Sequence record: PV261925.1
DNA length: 64,000 bases
Direction: 5' to 3' (one strand)
Shown: positions 11,201-22,100 of the stretch, in pieces
Layout of the letters: every line of letters begins with the position of its first letter
Numbering within the stretch: the stretch's first letter is position 1
The notes under the pieces: model-generated
Told to the model about the DNA's origin: nothing
The model's input: the letters and a program-made list of their open reading frames with translations, nothing else
The model's database searches: none
Translations under genes and position numbers: made by a program

Positions 11201-12846
11201 GACTTAACATCAGATAATGAGAAATTTTTATCACTTGTAACAAATCTTGCATCATCCAATATCCCATTGAAGAGAAGTCTCTCCCCTTTATGGAATTCAC
11301 CTTCAACATTATAAGCAGTTAGTGCAGTACCTGCTGTTACATTATGCTTAAGATAACCCTTTGCACCACTTGACTCACCCTTGATAAAGGTTGACGTGGT
11401 AAGTGTGATTGGTTCGTTGAGTGTGATGTCAGTATATGTCTGAACATCAAATAATGATAAATCCCATGTATTCAAGTTGGGGAATGCAGTATCATACGAA
11501 CCACCTTCTAAAACAAAGTCATATACTCTTGCAATACCAATTTCTTTACCTGAGGAGGTCAATGAATTAACACCAACTCTCTGATCTCTCAAACTCAGAG
11601 TCAAAGATGTATTAATACCAATTGTTGCAGATCCACTAACTCTGTTTAAGTTGAGAGTTGGTCCAAAACCGAAATTAACTGCTTGATCTTCAATAGTTCT
11701 TGTAGTTCTTGGCTTTCTAAAGTCAATTAAAGTAGGAGCAATGGTTTCTACCTCATATCCCCTTACATAAGCCTTACCAGGAGAGATTTTGTAGATACCA
11801 AGGTCGTCACTAGGAACATTACCAGATTGAGTGACTTGAGTCGAATTATAGATACCTCTATTTCCTTCATTGTTGTTAAGACTATTCTTAACTGAAGTTA
11901 CAAACTCTTTTACGTAATAATCGCCAGATTCATCAAAAGTTCTACGTGCAAATTCGTCACCTAAGAAGTTATAATCAGTATTTTTGTTAATAAGACGTAA
12001 AACACCGTCTTTTACTTCCGATAATTGAACAAAATTCGACTCATCAAAACTATCAAGTGGCTTTTTCGACAAAGTTGTCGAAATTTTCAATCTATCGGCA
12101 CCAGGAGCCGTAAAATTGTTAAATCCTTGGGCATTATCATTAAGTGAAGGGTCAACATCAGAAGAAACGATCTCTTCAACAACATCTAAACCTACTCGAT
12201 AGGATGGGACATTAGAATATTGATCAAGAATCAGTGTTTGGGCACTAACATTGACAAAATACCCTCTCAGAAAGTAAACACCCTGAGATAAATTGAATGA
12301 TGAACCAATAATTGCTGCATTTTGTGGAATTGTTGTTGCAAAACCTTCACCAGCAGAAATAAAGGTAGATGCATAAGTGATATTCTTACTAGTAAGGAGA
12401 ACTTCACTGTCTAAAAACGTACTTACATCCTCATCAGAGTTTGCAGAATTCTCATAGTTCAAATAAAGGGTATATGTGCCTCTTTCGGACTCTTCGTCTG
12501 TGATATATGTGACAACTTTTGCGGTTACGCCAGATGTTGCACCAGTAATTGTGGTACCAACAATTTGATCGAGATAAATGCCAACAGGAACACCCAAGAA
12601 TTCGGGCTCAATCTGTACACCATAAAAATTCTGAATATATGTCAGATCACCAGGAATTACTTTTGCACCTTCTTTGAAGAAGTGGTTACCCATCTCTTCA
12701 ACTTGGTTTTGCAGAATAGACTGCAGACCAGTCAGTTCTCTTGCTTGAACAGGAAAACCAGGTTTGAATAGAACCTTATAATAATTCGACTGGGGATCAA
12801 AGTCGTCAAAATATGGGGCGACATTGAGATTAGTTTCCTGTGGCAT
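5227..12846 (-). CDS. Large virion structural protein, VrlC-like
   Basis: 2539 aa; MPQETNLNVAPYFDDFD...VLFKPGFPVQARELT, RRTFDESGDY, LEYYTSL...GIFVDNF, DPLAQTF motifs of cyanophage VrlC-like proteins. Confidence 0.88.
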   Translation of the reverse strand: MPQETNLNVAPYFDDFDPQSNYYKVLFKPGFPVQARELTGLQSILQNQVEEMGNHFFKEGAKVIPGDLTYIQNFYGVQIEPEFLGVPVGIYLDQIVGTTITGATSGVTAKVVTYITDEESERGTYTLYLNYENSANSDEDVSTFLDSEVLLTSKNITYASTFISAGEGFATTIPQNAAIIGSSFNLSQGVYFLRGYFVNVSAQTLILDQYSNVPSYRVGLDVVEEIVSSDVDPSLNDNAQGFNNFTAPGADRLKISTTLSKKPLDSFDESNFVQLSEVKDGVLRLINKNTDYNFLGDEFARRTFDESGDYYVKEFVTSVKNSLNNNEGNRGIYNSTQVTQSGNVPSDDLGIYKISPGKAYVRGYEVETIAPTLIDFRKPRTTRTIEDQAVNFGFGPTLNLNRVSGSATIGINTSLTLSLRDQRVGVNSLTSSGKEIGIARVYDFVLEGGSYDTAFPNLNTWDLSLFDVQTYTDITLNEPITLTTSTFIKGESSGAKGYLKHNVTAGTALTAYNVEGEFHKGERLLFNGILDDARFVTSDKNFSLSDVKSVFGVVGTAATFTGDTIQSRVRNFGSANISAESGSTSLISIPADPGFSFVGIVTVGNIVRYSRPTLDVASFARVTGVGQTNITVEAVTTVSGICNGALPTSVETIQNFELLSTKGVGGPGSGNLANNDTLYSAFPKTNISSVNLIGSELVIRRQYTTSITNNSTPIINTEDKEVFLPFDEERYTLIRSDGSTEVLTEDRFEFTNGSKSLQINGLGSNDTNTKLITTIRKTDVTSKTKLKNVSQDLIINKSSRAASGIGSTTLDDGLTTGNYPYGTRVQDEVISLNTVDVYKIYGIFESDDNSDPVCPNMTLSQLDGITATTNDLIIGEILTGQTSGAKAIYLQKLDDTAIYFTYLNDTTFQNSEVISFESSTVNGVSSNVKLGSKEVTTDFKFFNGQRGTFYDYSRIERRGEAQIPARKLRVYFASSSYDNADEGDITTINSYVGYNYGTEIGGVQDVRVSDIIDVRPRLTDYVVAENVRSPFEFDGRNFADGQNGNLQSSSHIIASDESLTVTYDYYLPRADRVFIDKEGILSVLEGAPDDDPRLPDSLSGVMNIANVFLPAYLFDTTDAEIKFIEHKRYQMSDISKLEQRIKNLEYYTSLNQLETNTLNLFVEDANGNNRFKSGIFVDNFTTLEPQDTSIGIRNSIDTERGVLRPSHYTTALNLQLGTTAVTGIGTTSDANQDSNFAEVVGANVKKSGRILTLDYTDETWLQQPFATRAENVTPYLVQFWQGNIELTPEVDVWIDVNELEVNDVMMEGSFRGVAEALGADIRTRRDGSRAGVSPVIWNSWQTVGVDVNTSLSNNQSTQTSSTTRQTSNTNTQGSRRTGQVRTTNTTTQRTNTTTTDNNIRATTSVNLSQNRTGRQFFVNERIDTESLGSRVVRREIINFMRSRNIDVTATSFKPFTRVYSFFDDVDVNNYVTPKLIEIEMIHGTFVVGETVRGRMDDGGSQVTNGSTIPTIDFRVATTNHKYGPFNSPTDVYDSNPYNRDISIPAIYSASSTILNIDTFSLQSQDFPQFSGWISRSMILTGASSGAQARVSNVRLITDRVGTLQASYFVPSPNNPANPIFETGRSSFRLTSSRTNSTIEGLVSTAGESIFYSQGDVDTTQETTLSVRNATVRRADLTQRRNIGDTATSNTITITDTNTDTQSTSTTSVRVIPPRIDPLAQTFLVDDPTGVFITKVDLFFVTKDENIPVLFEIRETNLGTPTDKVLPFSFKSVDPKDVNLSDDGTVATTITLDAPVYLNPEKEYAMVLLSHSTEYRVWISRLGEADVTTLGQEAGQILVTEQPLLGSLFKSQNASVWTPSQYEDLKFNLYVANFKSQGSVSFYNPELPSDLAQIDPNGLTVNSREIRVGLGTTVSDSGLVVGRTVKQLGNGAQGTLVAFAGSVTSNFTITNAGVGYTPSSATFTYTGVALTAVTGKGVNATADITIENGVATEAVVRAGGTGYVVGDVLTPVQVGSVNLGSGIQLSVNELLGNNTLVLDNVQGNFTTNSAYPLYYENSVGFTTELNDVGGNVIPVSPINVTEQGNYIRVFQRNHGLYSNVNRVTISDVRSDLVPNTLSQEYGFDTTTFITIEGLATDFETFENLGVGGTNPGYVKIGDEIISYTGVNGRTLTGVTRGIDNTTIATHSSGELIYKYELNGVSLRRINTSHLLANVVSSELDEAPIGLDYYYVKVQMNANGTNRAPANAAGFPPLYFKENKLAGGPLVKGTYNLPYNLITPKVTTITPQGTNLISQVRTISASSVSGNQESYLDKGYKQVTIFDKNYFDGQRMVASAQNESNLLNGDTFAGNKSFEMQFTLLSGNSRISPVIDLDNASVVYTMNRISRPVTDYVADFRVNGTEDDPNRFTYVSKNVTLENPASSLQVLLDGYVSNYSDIRVFYALNQDVPVEETIFVPFPGYKNIDINGAILDISSNNGTPDKRVPKVDAYVPEPTQDQYKEYKFTIDEVKPFKTFRIKIIGTSTDQSTVPMIRNLRVLSFA

Positions 12847-12851
12847 ATCTC

Positions 12852-14411
12852 TTAGAATTGCAAGATAACTTTAACGTCTTCTTTCTGTGAAGATGATCTG
12901 GTGACTGATGGCCTATTATCAACATAAATGATGTCACCAGAGTACTTTTGAGACTCTGGATTTGAAATTCCACTATTGAATTCCTGACCCAGATAGTAGG
13001 TACGACTATTTATTGTCGTAGATACACCTGAAAAGTTTTGGTCAATATTGAGTGTGTTACCTGAAGTTGGTGAGATTTGGATACTACCACCTGTTGTAGG
13101 TGATGATGTAAACTTCAATTGTTCAAAACCATATACAGGAACAACGTTCTGAGTGCCATCAGTATTGAATCCTGCAGTCCTTCTGTCCTGCCAATACTTC
13201 AAAATACCAGTCTGTTGGTCATAAGAAACAACTCTACCGATGGCTGTTGAACCTAAACCAACGGTTTGTGTAACAAAACTGTCTGCGGTAAAGACTGCTT
13301 CACTGTAACCAGTACCAACAAGCTTCAATGCATAGAGTGCACTGGCTTTATCTTTGGTCAAATTGGTTGTTGAGTTGTAATTTGTTGGATTTTTGACGAT
13401 TCCAACCTGTGCAAACTGGTTTCCAGTGATAAAATCGGGATTTTGGGTGTCATTTTCAAATCTAGCATAAGAAAGTACGTTATAAGCACCCAATTCACGA
13501 TAAATATCGGCACCATGACCACCTGGAGGAGGAATAATTACGTTAAAAACGGGTGCGACACTGCCATTTGGGACACCACCATTCTCTAAATCGAGAGTTC
13601 CGAAGGAATATCCACTTCCTCCTCTTGAAATTGTCACAGATTCGACTTTTGAGTCGTTATTGATGACAACTGTAGCCTCTGCACCACGTCCATCGCCTAA
13701 AATTGGCACTCTTGTGTAGGTAACATTGGCAGTTCCGATGCCAACTCCACGATTTCTGATGGTAACAACCTTTAATTGACCACTTGTGCCTGCATTTTCT
13801 CTTACAGCAGAGTAAGAACTGTTGGTTTCCCAGTCAGTTGGGACTGCAATATAGTTTGTTGAGTCAAATTTGATGATTTGATTCGGCTTAATCGTATAAA
13901 GATACTTCCAAATATAACCATCACCACTGCTTCCAGCCTCTCTTGGCTCCAAATCTGTGAAATTTGGCTCGTCAAGAGAAGGACCACCTCTAAAACTATT
14001 CTCTGGATTAGCGTTATTGAACAGACAGATATAAACTTTATACTCACTATTCATTACATAATAGTTGGAGTCGTAAATGTCATACGATCCAGATGGTTGA
14101 GATGGGTTATCTCTATCAATATCATTCCTCCACATGTCATATGTGGTGCCAGATTGCCAGGTAATTTTCCTTACAACCTGGCTTACATCACCTGAATTAA
14201 TTTTTTTAAGGGCCAACATGGTGTCCCAGTAATAGTTGGAGTCATCCAAACTATCTTTAGGGGCAGGTGGATTCGAGTTCCAATCACTCTGAAACTCAGG
14301 AGCATCTGGTAAACCAATCCACGCATAGTAAGAATTAGAAGAATCTTGTACGGAATCGACAAAATTCTTCGCATTCAAGATACGCAGTTGATCAGTAATT
14401 ATCGCAGCCAT
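12852..14411 (-). CDS. gp8: Baseplate wedge subunit (T4 gp8-like)
   Basis: MAAIITDQLRILNAKNF...YKVYICLFN...DGYIWKYLYTI...YVDNRPSVTRSSSQKEDVKVILQF. Confidence 0.92.
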   Translation of the reverse strand: MAAIITDQLRILNAKNFVDSVQDSSNSYYAWIGLPDAPEFQSDWNSNPPAPKDSLDDSNYYWDTMLALKKINSGDVSQVVRKITWQSGTTYDMWRNDIDRDNPSQPSGSYDIYDSNYYVMNSEYKVYICLFNNANPENSFRGGPSLDEPNFTDLEPREAGSSGDGYIWKYLYTIKPNQIIKFDSTNYIAVPTDWETNSSYSAVRENAGTSGQLKVVTIRNRGVGIGTANVTYTRVPILGDGRGAEATVVINNDSKVESVTISRGGSGYSFGTLDLENGGVPNGSVAPVFNVIIPPPGGHGADIYRELGAYNVLSYARFENDTQNPDFITGNQFAQVGIVKNPTNYNSTTNLTKDKASALYALKLVGTGYSEAVFTADSFVTQTVGLGSTAIGRVVSYDQQTGILKYWQDRRTAGFNTDGTQNVVPVYGFEQLKFTSSPTTGGSIQISPTSGNTLNIDQNFSGVSTTINSRTYYLGQEFNSGISNPESQKYSGDIIYVDNRPSVTRSSSQKEDVKVILQF

Positions 14412-14430
14412 GTTTAGAGGACTTTTTTCT

Positions 14431-14448
14431 TATTTAGACGGGTATTTA
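14431..14448 (-). promoter_or_regulatory. Two T4-type late promoters upstream of gp8
   Basis: TAAATA at 14431-14436 and 14443-14448. Confidence 0.65.
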
Positions 14449-16092
14449 GACTGTAAACAGGTTAGGATAGACAACAATCGTCCCACCCATTCCAGCATGT
14501 GATGTACATTGATAGTACAAAGAGTTTGGTGCACTGAATGGAACTTCAAATCTTAGTGTTCCATTACTTACTGCATTATTTGTAACACCTGTTGAGAATG
14601 CAGATCCACCGTTTGAAGAACGAATTTCAAATGGGTGAGCACCCATATTATTGACAAATTCGTAATTCTGACCTCTTGCCAAGTAAATAACTGGATCTGC
14701 TGTAGAACTTAATCCAGCTGGACCCGTAAAGAGATAATGTGATGTACCATCTGCATTAAGATCCCACTTAGAATGAGTGATATAAGATGCATCACCGTAG
14801 TATGTTGCTCCTGTAACTACACCCAAAGTAGAAACACCTGAGACAACCAGTGAATTTGTACTGACAGTTGTAGTTCCGACACCGACACCACCACCTGTTG
14901 ATGAGATGGTTGTGATACCAGCATTTGTAGTTACTGTGATATTACTACCAGCAGAAATTAATGTGGTAATACCAGTTAATCCAGAACCATCGGCACCCGT
15001 AAGTGTTGTTACTACACCAGTCAAACCTGATCCATCAGCACCCGTAAGTGTTGTTACTACACCAGTCAAACCTGATCCATCAGCACCCGTAAGTGTTGTT
15101 ACTACACCAGTCAAACCTGATCCATCAGCACCAGTCAGAGTGGTGACTACACCAGTCAATCCAGAACCATCAGCACCAGTCAGAGTGGTGACTACACCAG
15201 TCAGGTTCGATCCATCACCATAATATGTTGCACCAGTTACGATTCCAAGAGTAGAAATTCCAGTTACTCTGAAATAACCTAATACATCTGCACCACCATG
15301 TTTTGTTTCAAATCTCTTATTGTTGTTATAATACAGTTCAACACCATAATTTCCGTCAACGTTGGTTGACATTACTTGTGTTGTTCCAGCACCACTAGTA
15401 AAGTTTTGGGTATCTGCCTTAATATTTAAAGCACCTGTATTAGCTCTAATGACATTCCCATCAGAGTCATTATGGAAGATAGTAAATTCTGATTGTTCTC
15501 CTAAGATAAATTGTTTGTCATCGGTCATCAATAAAGATGAACCAAGACTTACAGTACCCGTAAGTGTGGATACTCCTGAAACATTAATACTTCCTGCAGA
15601 ATGACCTGCACCAACAAACATTGATCCGAAAGTACCAACACCCGTGATATTAATATTTCTACCTGTTACTTCATCATAGACAATATCATCAGACACATAA
15701 AGATCACCACCAACATACAAATCACCACCAGTGGTAGTAATACCGCCTTGACTTGCAAGTGTTGTGATACCAGAAGTAAGAAGTGTAGTTACGGTAGTTA
15801 CACCTAACGTTGTAATACCAGCTACCTTTAGATTTCTAGAGATATCTACATCCGTCGTCGCAATGGAGACTGGAGTAGGTGCAGAAATTTCAACGTATCC
15901 TGTTGTTGTATTTACAGCAACATTTGTTCCTGCAGTGATGGTGGTTACAACACCTGTAGCAAGTGATGAACCGTCACCAATGAGATTATAGATCTCACTA
16001 AAGTTACTGTTGATTTTAATACCACCAGAAACTAGTGAATCACCTGTCCCATCATTAGGAGCTGAGCCAGTGTTAATACCTTGGTATGCCAT
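14446..16092 (-). CDS. Baseplate-attached fibre-like protein: gp9/gp10-type N-terminus, 15-aa tandem repeats, C-terminal cupredoxin-like domain
   Basis: INTGSAPNDGTGDSL...KINSNFSEIY N-terminus; 5x LTGVVTTLTGADGSG; HPF...YYQCTSHAGMGG at C-terminus; own TAAATA at 16119-16124. Confidence 0.8.
   Translation of the reverse strand: MAYQGINTGSAPNDGTGDSLVSGGIKINSNFSEIYNLIGDGSSLATGVVTTITAGTNVAVNTTTGYVEISAPTPVSIATTDVDISRNLKVAGITTLGVTTVTTLLTSGITTLASQGGITTTGGDLYVGGDLYVSDDIVYDEVTGRNINITGVGTFGSMFVGAGHSAGSINVSGVSTLTGTVSLGSSLLMTDDKQFILGEQSEFTIFHNDSDGNVIRANTGALNIKADTQNFTSGAGTTQVMSTNVDGNYGVELYYNNNKRFETKHGGADVLGYFRVTGISTLGIVTGATYYGDGSNLTGVVTTLTGADGSGLTGVVTTLTGADGSGLTGVVTTLTGADGSGLTGVVTTLTGADGSGLTGVVTTLTGADGSGLTGITTLISAGSNITVTTNAGITTISSTGGGVGVGTTTVSTNSLVVSGVSTLGVVTGATYYGDASYITHSKWDLNADGTSHYLFTGPAGLSSTADPVIYLARGQNYEFVNNMGAHPFEIRSSNGGSAFSTGVTNNAVSNGTLRFEVPFSAPNSLYYQCTSHAGMGGTIVVYPNLFTV
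14971..15195. repeat. Tandem repeat, 5 x 45 bp, in frame
   Basis: Units start at 14971, 15016, 15061, 15106, 15151; units at 15016 and 15061 are identical. Confidence 0.95.
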
Positions 16093-16126
16093 CTACTGTA
16101 GGATCCTTTTCTATGTTTTATTTATT

Positions 16127-19100
16127 TTAAGTTTGATAGTTATTAAACTTCAAAGGTCTGAATCTCTGAACCAATGGTGAGCTAGTAATACCTGTGTATG
16201 AATTAGGTGTAAACTCAAGTGCATCTGTGGTTGCTCTATTCAAGAATTGAATCTTACCCCATGTGTATTCACCGAGATTTCTCCCTCTTATGAAACCAGC
16301 TACCGTGGTACCAAATCCAACGTTTGCAACCTCAACTCTTCTAATTGCAGTTGTTCCAAGACCAACTGAGGTCAGATCAACTGTGGAATTATAAGCAGCA
16401 GATACCTGATAGATATTGTCACTTGTGCTTGTAGACAGACCAAAGTTTGAAAGATTGACCACAAAATAATCACCAGTATTGAGTTGACTGATAGTAACTG
16501 CGGTACCTACAATATTGGGATCTCTCATGTAAGAATTCTCTGGAATATAAAGTTCAAGTGTTCCAAGAGCACCTGTGGACTGTGCATATCCAACAATCTG
16601 TCCAAGATCACCAAAGTAAGAACTGACACCAATTTGTTCTCTTCTAACGGAAGGTTGTTGAATAAGAACACTAGGTGCCTGAGTGTATCCTGTTCCTGCA
16701 TTAGAGACAGAAATAGATACCACTCCATCACCAGTTACTGATGCAATACCTGTTGCTCGGGTTCCATTAGGATTATCTGGTAAAGATACTGATACTGAAG
16801 GAGTTGTTAGATAAGAATAACCGGCACCAACATTACTTACGGTAAATGATGTGATTATTCCACCATAATCATTATCTACAACATATCCTGATGCTCCTGC
16901 TAGACTTGGATCGTCTTGTGCTGGTGTATTACCATCTTGGAATATGCTTCTAATAGTAACAAGTGATGGTTTACTAATGACTGGAGCAATGTATGTGTTA
17001 TGGAATGCATAACCTAATGGGTTATTTGCTTGAATACCTGCTTGGGTACGCATTGAATCACTCCACTCTGGAGAAAGACTTCCATTTTCCCACAAACTTG
17101 TGTATTCAAACATACAGAAGTTTAGTAAGTATAAGTATTCTTTAGCCGCTACTTCAAACGCATCTGCATCTGTTTTCCAAGTATTTCCACCATATCCTGA
17201 TGAATCCCAAAAACCTCCGTCATATGCTTCTTCCATTGCTGCATATAAATCACCTGTCTGCCAATCAGATGCCAAGTAACTGTATAGTTTTATAGTATCT
17301 GCAGGTAAACCATGCATGTGTAGTGTATGGAATACGTGCTCAATAACTTCTTGTGCGTCTTGATCACCATCACCATATCCACTACCAGTTGAGTTCAAGT
17401 ACCACACCATGTCATTTTGAACAGTGGTGTCAAATAAGTTAGTTAAGTTCCAATCAATAATACCTTGGTCAGTTAGGAAGTTTGGAGTATAGTCTGCTCC
17501 TGCACCTCTTGCTACTCTTTGAATAGTTGGTTTACCTGCGTGGTAAGTTCCCGAGTCACCACTCAATGTTTTGATCAAGTTTCTTTGGGATGTTTCATTA
17601 ATACCTGCACCATTTACATCTGTAAACAGTTCAACCATACGAGCAACTTTTTCTACCCATACATCTGGAACTGCTATTTGTCCGCCAGTTGTACCTGCAG
17701 ATACAATTCTTACACCATTAACTGTGACTTCACGTTTGAATAAATCACTACCGTCACCAACAAGATTAATAATTGGACCATTGTTATATTCTGGATCTAC
17801 ACCACTACCAGTAGATGCAGTTGCAATTGCAGATGCAATTGGTGATTGATCAATAATAACAATTCTATCTTGATAATCTAAGAGTGAAGTTTCATTTGTA
17901 GAATTGAAGAATGGTCTTACAGTGTCTGTATAAGCAACAGCACTTGAGGTTCCAACATAAGATGTCAGATATGCTGCGGGATAGATTGATGGTTCATACT
18001 CAACTCTATCCTTAGTTACAAAGTCACCATTGATAGTGATATCGTCAGTTTGCTTACACCATGTAAGCGGTCTTACAAGTGCTTGATTTGTAGTAATACC
18101 AGGACCATCGTAAGGGAATGTTCTTACAGTATCAAGAGTTGTAATACCAACCACAGTTCTTGGTTCTTGATATAAACCAAATCCTTGACCCTTAGAAGAA
18201 TCATTCTTAAGTTGTAAACTATCACCTACCTTGACAGTTTCAAGAATATCAACCAAAACTACGTCTACATCAGGTGTACCTTTGTAGAAGATGATCTTTG
18301 ATGTGTCACCCTTTTTGGGAGCCTCTGTAAATTCAATGATAGAACCACCATTAAACTTATACGACTGATTTGGTACCTGAAGAATGTCATTGATGGTAAC
18401 AATCAGACATTGTGCAATGTTGATGTCGGAACCATCTGCGGTTTCAATAGCAAATCCAGCACCAGCGATAGTGAGTGGGAATCTCTTCTCTACACCATCG
18501 AACAAGGTATCGAGTTTATCAAATACATCGAGTTCACCGACCGTAAATCCATTGAATGTGTCACGATAGGTAGTTGAAACCGTGAGTTGGAATTCATCAT
18601 ATGTGTAACTTGTATCAGTCTGGATACCAGTTGTACCACCAATAGAGAGTCTTAATACCTCTCCATCACCATAACCAAATCCACCACTTACAATATCAAA
18701 GTTAACAACACTTGAACCCTGACCAACTGTGATGTCTACACGAGCACCTGTACCCATTCCAGTTTGACCGTCCGCATAGACCAGAGGAATATTTGAATAG
18801 GGAAGAGGTGCATCAATTACGATAAGAGGAGGGTTATTCTGATCAAGGTTTGCTCCAAAGTAACTGGTTGTGATTGCAACAACTTGTCCATTCTGAACGG
18901 TTGCTGTACCGATGTTCACAACTGTTGTGATGCCAGTTGAAGAAACTGCATAACCAACATTGACTGTTTGAACACCAACTCTATATCCAGATCCAGGATT
19001 ACCAATTTCAACAGATGTAATCGTACCACCACCAGATACAAAACATGATGCACCAGCAGATATCAATGGTTGATATCCAAGACCTGGAGTAGACGCCACA

Positions 19101-22100
19101 GAGATGATTGTTCCACCTCTTGGAATCGTTGCCATATTAGGATCAGATTCTGAAGATACACTGTCACCAAGATAGGTGATACTTGTAATACCTGCGGTTT
19201 CTAGGAGTGTGAAGTCACCAGTGGTATTTTGAGCTCCCTGTGGTTCTTGTAAAATGTTAGAGTTAAGAATAATTGCCTGATTAGTTGCAAAACCAGTTAC
19301 ATTATTACCATTTTGTACAAGTGAGAAGAACTTAGTTTGACCATTGAACTGACTTTGAATATTGTCAAAAGTGTAATTGGTGCTGTAAGTATCAACAGAA
19401 TCATCAGTGATACCACTTCTCATAAATGTTCTACCTTGGAAAGTAGAATAAGTTGTGATACCAGACCAGTCAATATTATCAGGACCTTGTGTAGTAGTGC
19501 TGAGTGGAGTTGCGCCGAATGGAGCTTCTACAAAGTGAAGTGTGTTATCGACAATATTGTAATTACCACCAAGAAGTTCAACGGATGTTCCGATGTTGTG
19601 TGTGGCAACACCAGTACCCATTTGACCTCTCAGAACTCTGAATTTGTTTGTTGCTCCAACACCAACGTCTTGAAGTAACATAATCTCACTATCAATCTTG
19701 ATAATGTCATTTGCCTTGAATGATTGAATACCAACAACATCAAAGTCAACATCAAATACGACGTTTTGATCAAGTCTTGTAGATACATTGACTTCAGTTA
19801 CAGGTGCCTGAATCATGTTATCAACAGCAACAAGAGCTCTAGCATTCTGGTTAGTTGCAGTCAACTTATGGAATGTACCAACACCAACAGAAGTCAGATC
19901 AAGTGCAATTGGTGATCCAGCAAGTGCATCAGTTGCACTCTTTGCAAATCCAACAGACTTATTACTGTATTTGATGATGTAGAGTTCAGATGGTAACTTG
20001 TCTGTTGACACACCTGAAACAGTTGTCGTTGCAATACCGATAGCATTGGCAGTAGACAACTGTGAGTTCTCATAACTATAATTTACCTTTTCACCAGTGA
20101 CAAAGAAGTGATCTGGAATTGTTACCTGATTTGTTGACAGATTTACAATCGAGGAATCGTTACCAAGGAATGCTCTCTGGAAGATTGGGAGAGTATTATG
20201 TTTGAGGTTGAATGCTCTCTTCTTATCAAATTCAGTACCAGTATATGTTCCATAATCAGAGAACAGAATGTTATTTTGTAAAGCACTGATTGACGCAATA
20301 CCAACAATATTGTTAAAGTTCTTCAGACCAATACCGAAGGTTCTAACAGCTACATCAATACTTGGATTTGGTGTAAACACCAGACTTACTGAGGTACCTG
20401 ATGTAACAGCACCAACTGTTCCTAAACCAGAGTTAGTACCAATACGTCCATACTTAACAATGTTTTGGTTATTGGAGTCAAGAACATGACACTCAAACAT
20501 CTCATATTCATTATTGGTGGTGTCATGGACAGTCACCATGAAGTATTCACCAGCAAATGGATCTTCATATGCTGCAATCTCATTTGCAACTGGAGAACCA
20601 GAAGCAGAGATTGACTTATAATATGATGAAAGGTTTGTAACACTCATCTCAGTAGTGTTAACACCTACTGCTGTAATATTAGTTTCAATAGAAATGATAT
20701 TGGCAGTAACTGCTGTTCCTACAGTCGGTACAATGTTAACATCAATAAATCCTCCACTAATATTTGCTGTGTATGTACCAAACCCAGATGAAATACCCTC
20801 AGTAGAATCCACATCTCCATATTGAAGAAGTTGTACATTTGTACCATCATGTAATACATTCAATTCAGTGTAGAAGTAGTTGTCTTCGGCATCTTCCAGT
20901 TGAACATGAAGTTTTGCAGATCTACTTACTGTTGGAACTTTTACCAGAGTGGTAGTTGTCGAAACTGGTACAGTTACTGATGATGATGCAATAGAAACAA
21001 TGTCACCAACTTGAGTTGAACCAACACTAGTCAGACTTTCAACACCACTAAATGTGAAGTATGAAATATCATAGTTGTTATATTCAAACAGGTTGGGGAA
21101 GAATGTAAGACCCCACTCACTGGTACCAGCACCGATGTAATCAAACGAACCCAGTGATTTACCCGTGTCGATAGTACCGTATTGATTCACATAACCTGTT
21201 GTACCATCTTGAAGAACAGTTACTACACCGAACTGTTTTCTACTTCTCAGTTCTCTGTCCTGAACCAAAGTAAAGAACTTGTTCCATGCATACTTATTAT
21301 CAAAGAAATCGACGATGGAATACTTTGTTTCTCTTGGATTACTATTAAACTCACCACTAAAGTCATCAATCTTAAGAACTCTGTTACCTCTTGATTCAAA
21401 GTAATCTACTAGAATTTTGTTTTCAAATACAATCTCATTAGAGATGGTTTTACCACCATTAATATCAAGAGTTAATTCAGTAGCACCATCAAAGTCAGGG
21501 AAACAATTAAGCATTCCCTCCCCGATCAGATCAACAACGGTTTCAATCTGGAAATCAACTGCTGAAGCAATACCAGCAGCATTGTTGTCAATAACGAGAT
21601 CAGCAAACTTCTCAAAACCTGCAGTGTGGTTCAGTGAACTAACTGCATCATCCCATGTCTCATATGGAACTCTTGATTTGAGTGAATATGAAAAGTTCTG
21701 ATAATATTCGTTGTTTGGAATGACTTGAAGATTGTCGTTCAGGAATCCAGAATTGGTCTGCCATCCATCTACGAACGTTGCACCAACACCAAGTCTGATA
21801 GTCGAATCAAAATCAATATTACTGATAATGTTTGCTTTGTTTCCAGATGATTGGGACTCTAAAATTGTGCCAACTTCAAAATCGTCTTCAGACGAAACAA
21901 ATAAATAACCACTTGTGGCATCAAATCTTTCAACCCTACCAACATAGCCAATATTAGTAACTCTTTCTCCCTCAAAGAAGTTTGTTGTGACGAGTTTTGA
22001 ATCAAATATTGGGAAGAATGACTCAGGCGTTACAGAACCAGAAATGGAACTTGTAACTTGACCAGGGAATTCGCCTGGTGCAAGATAATCAGTCAGATTG

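Noticed and set aside
16862-17800. Intein or intron in gp7
   Set aside because: Frame is continuous; no Cys/Ser start with His-Asn end and no LAGLIDADG motif; treated as a domain insertion.
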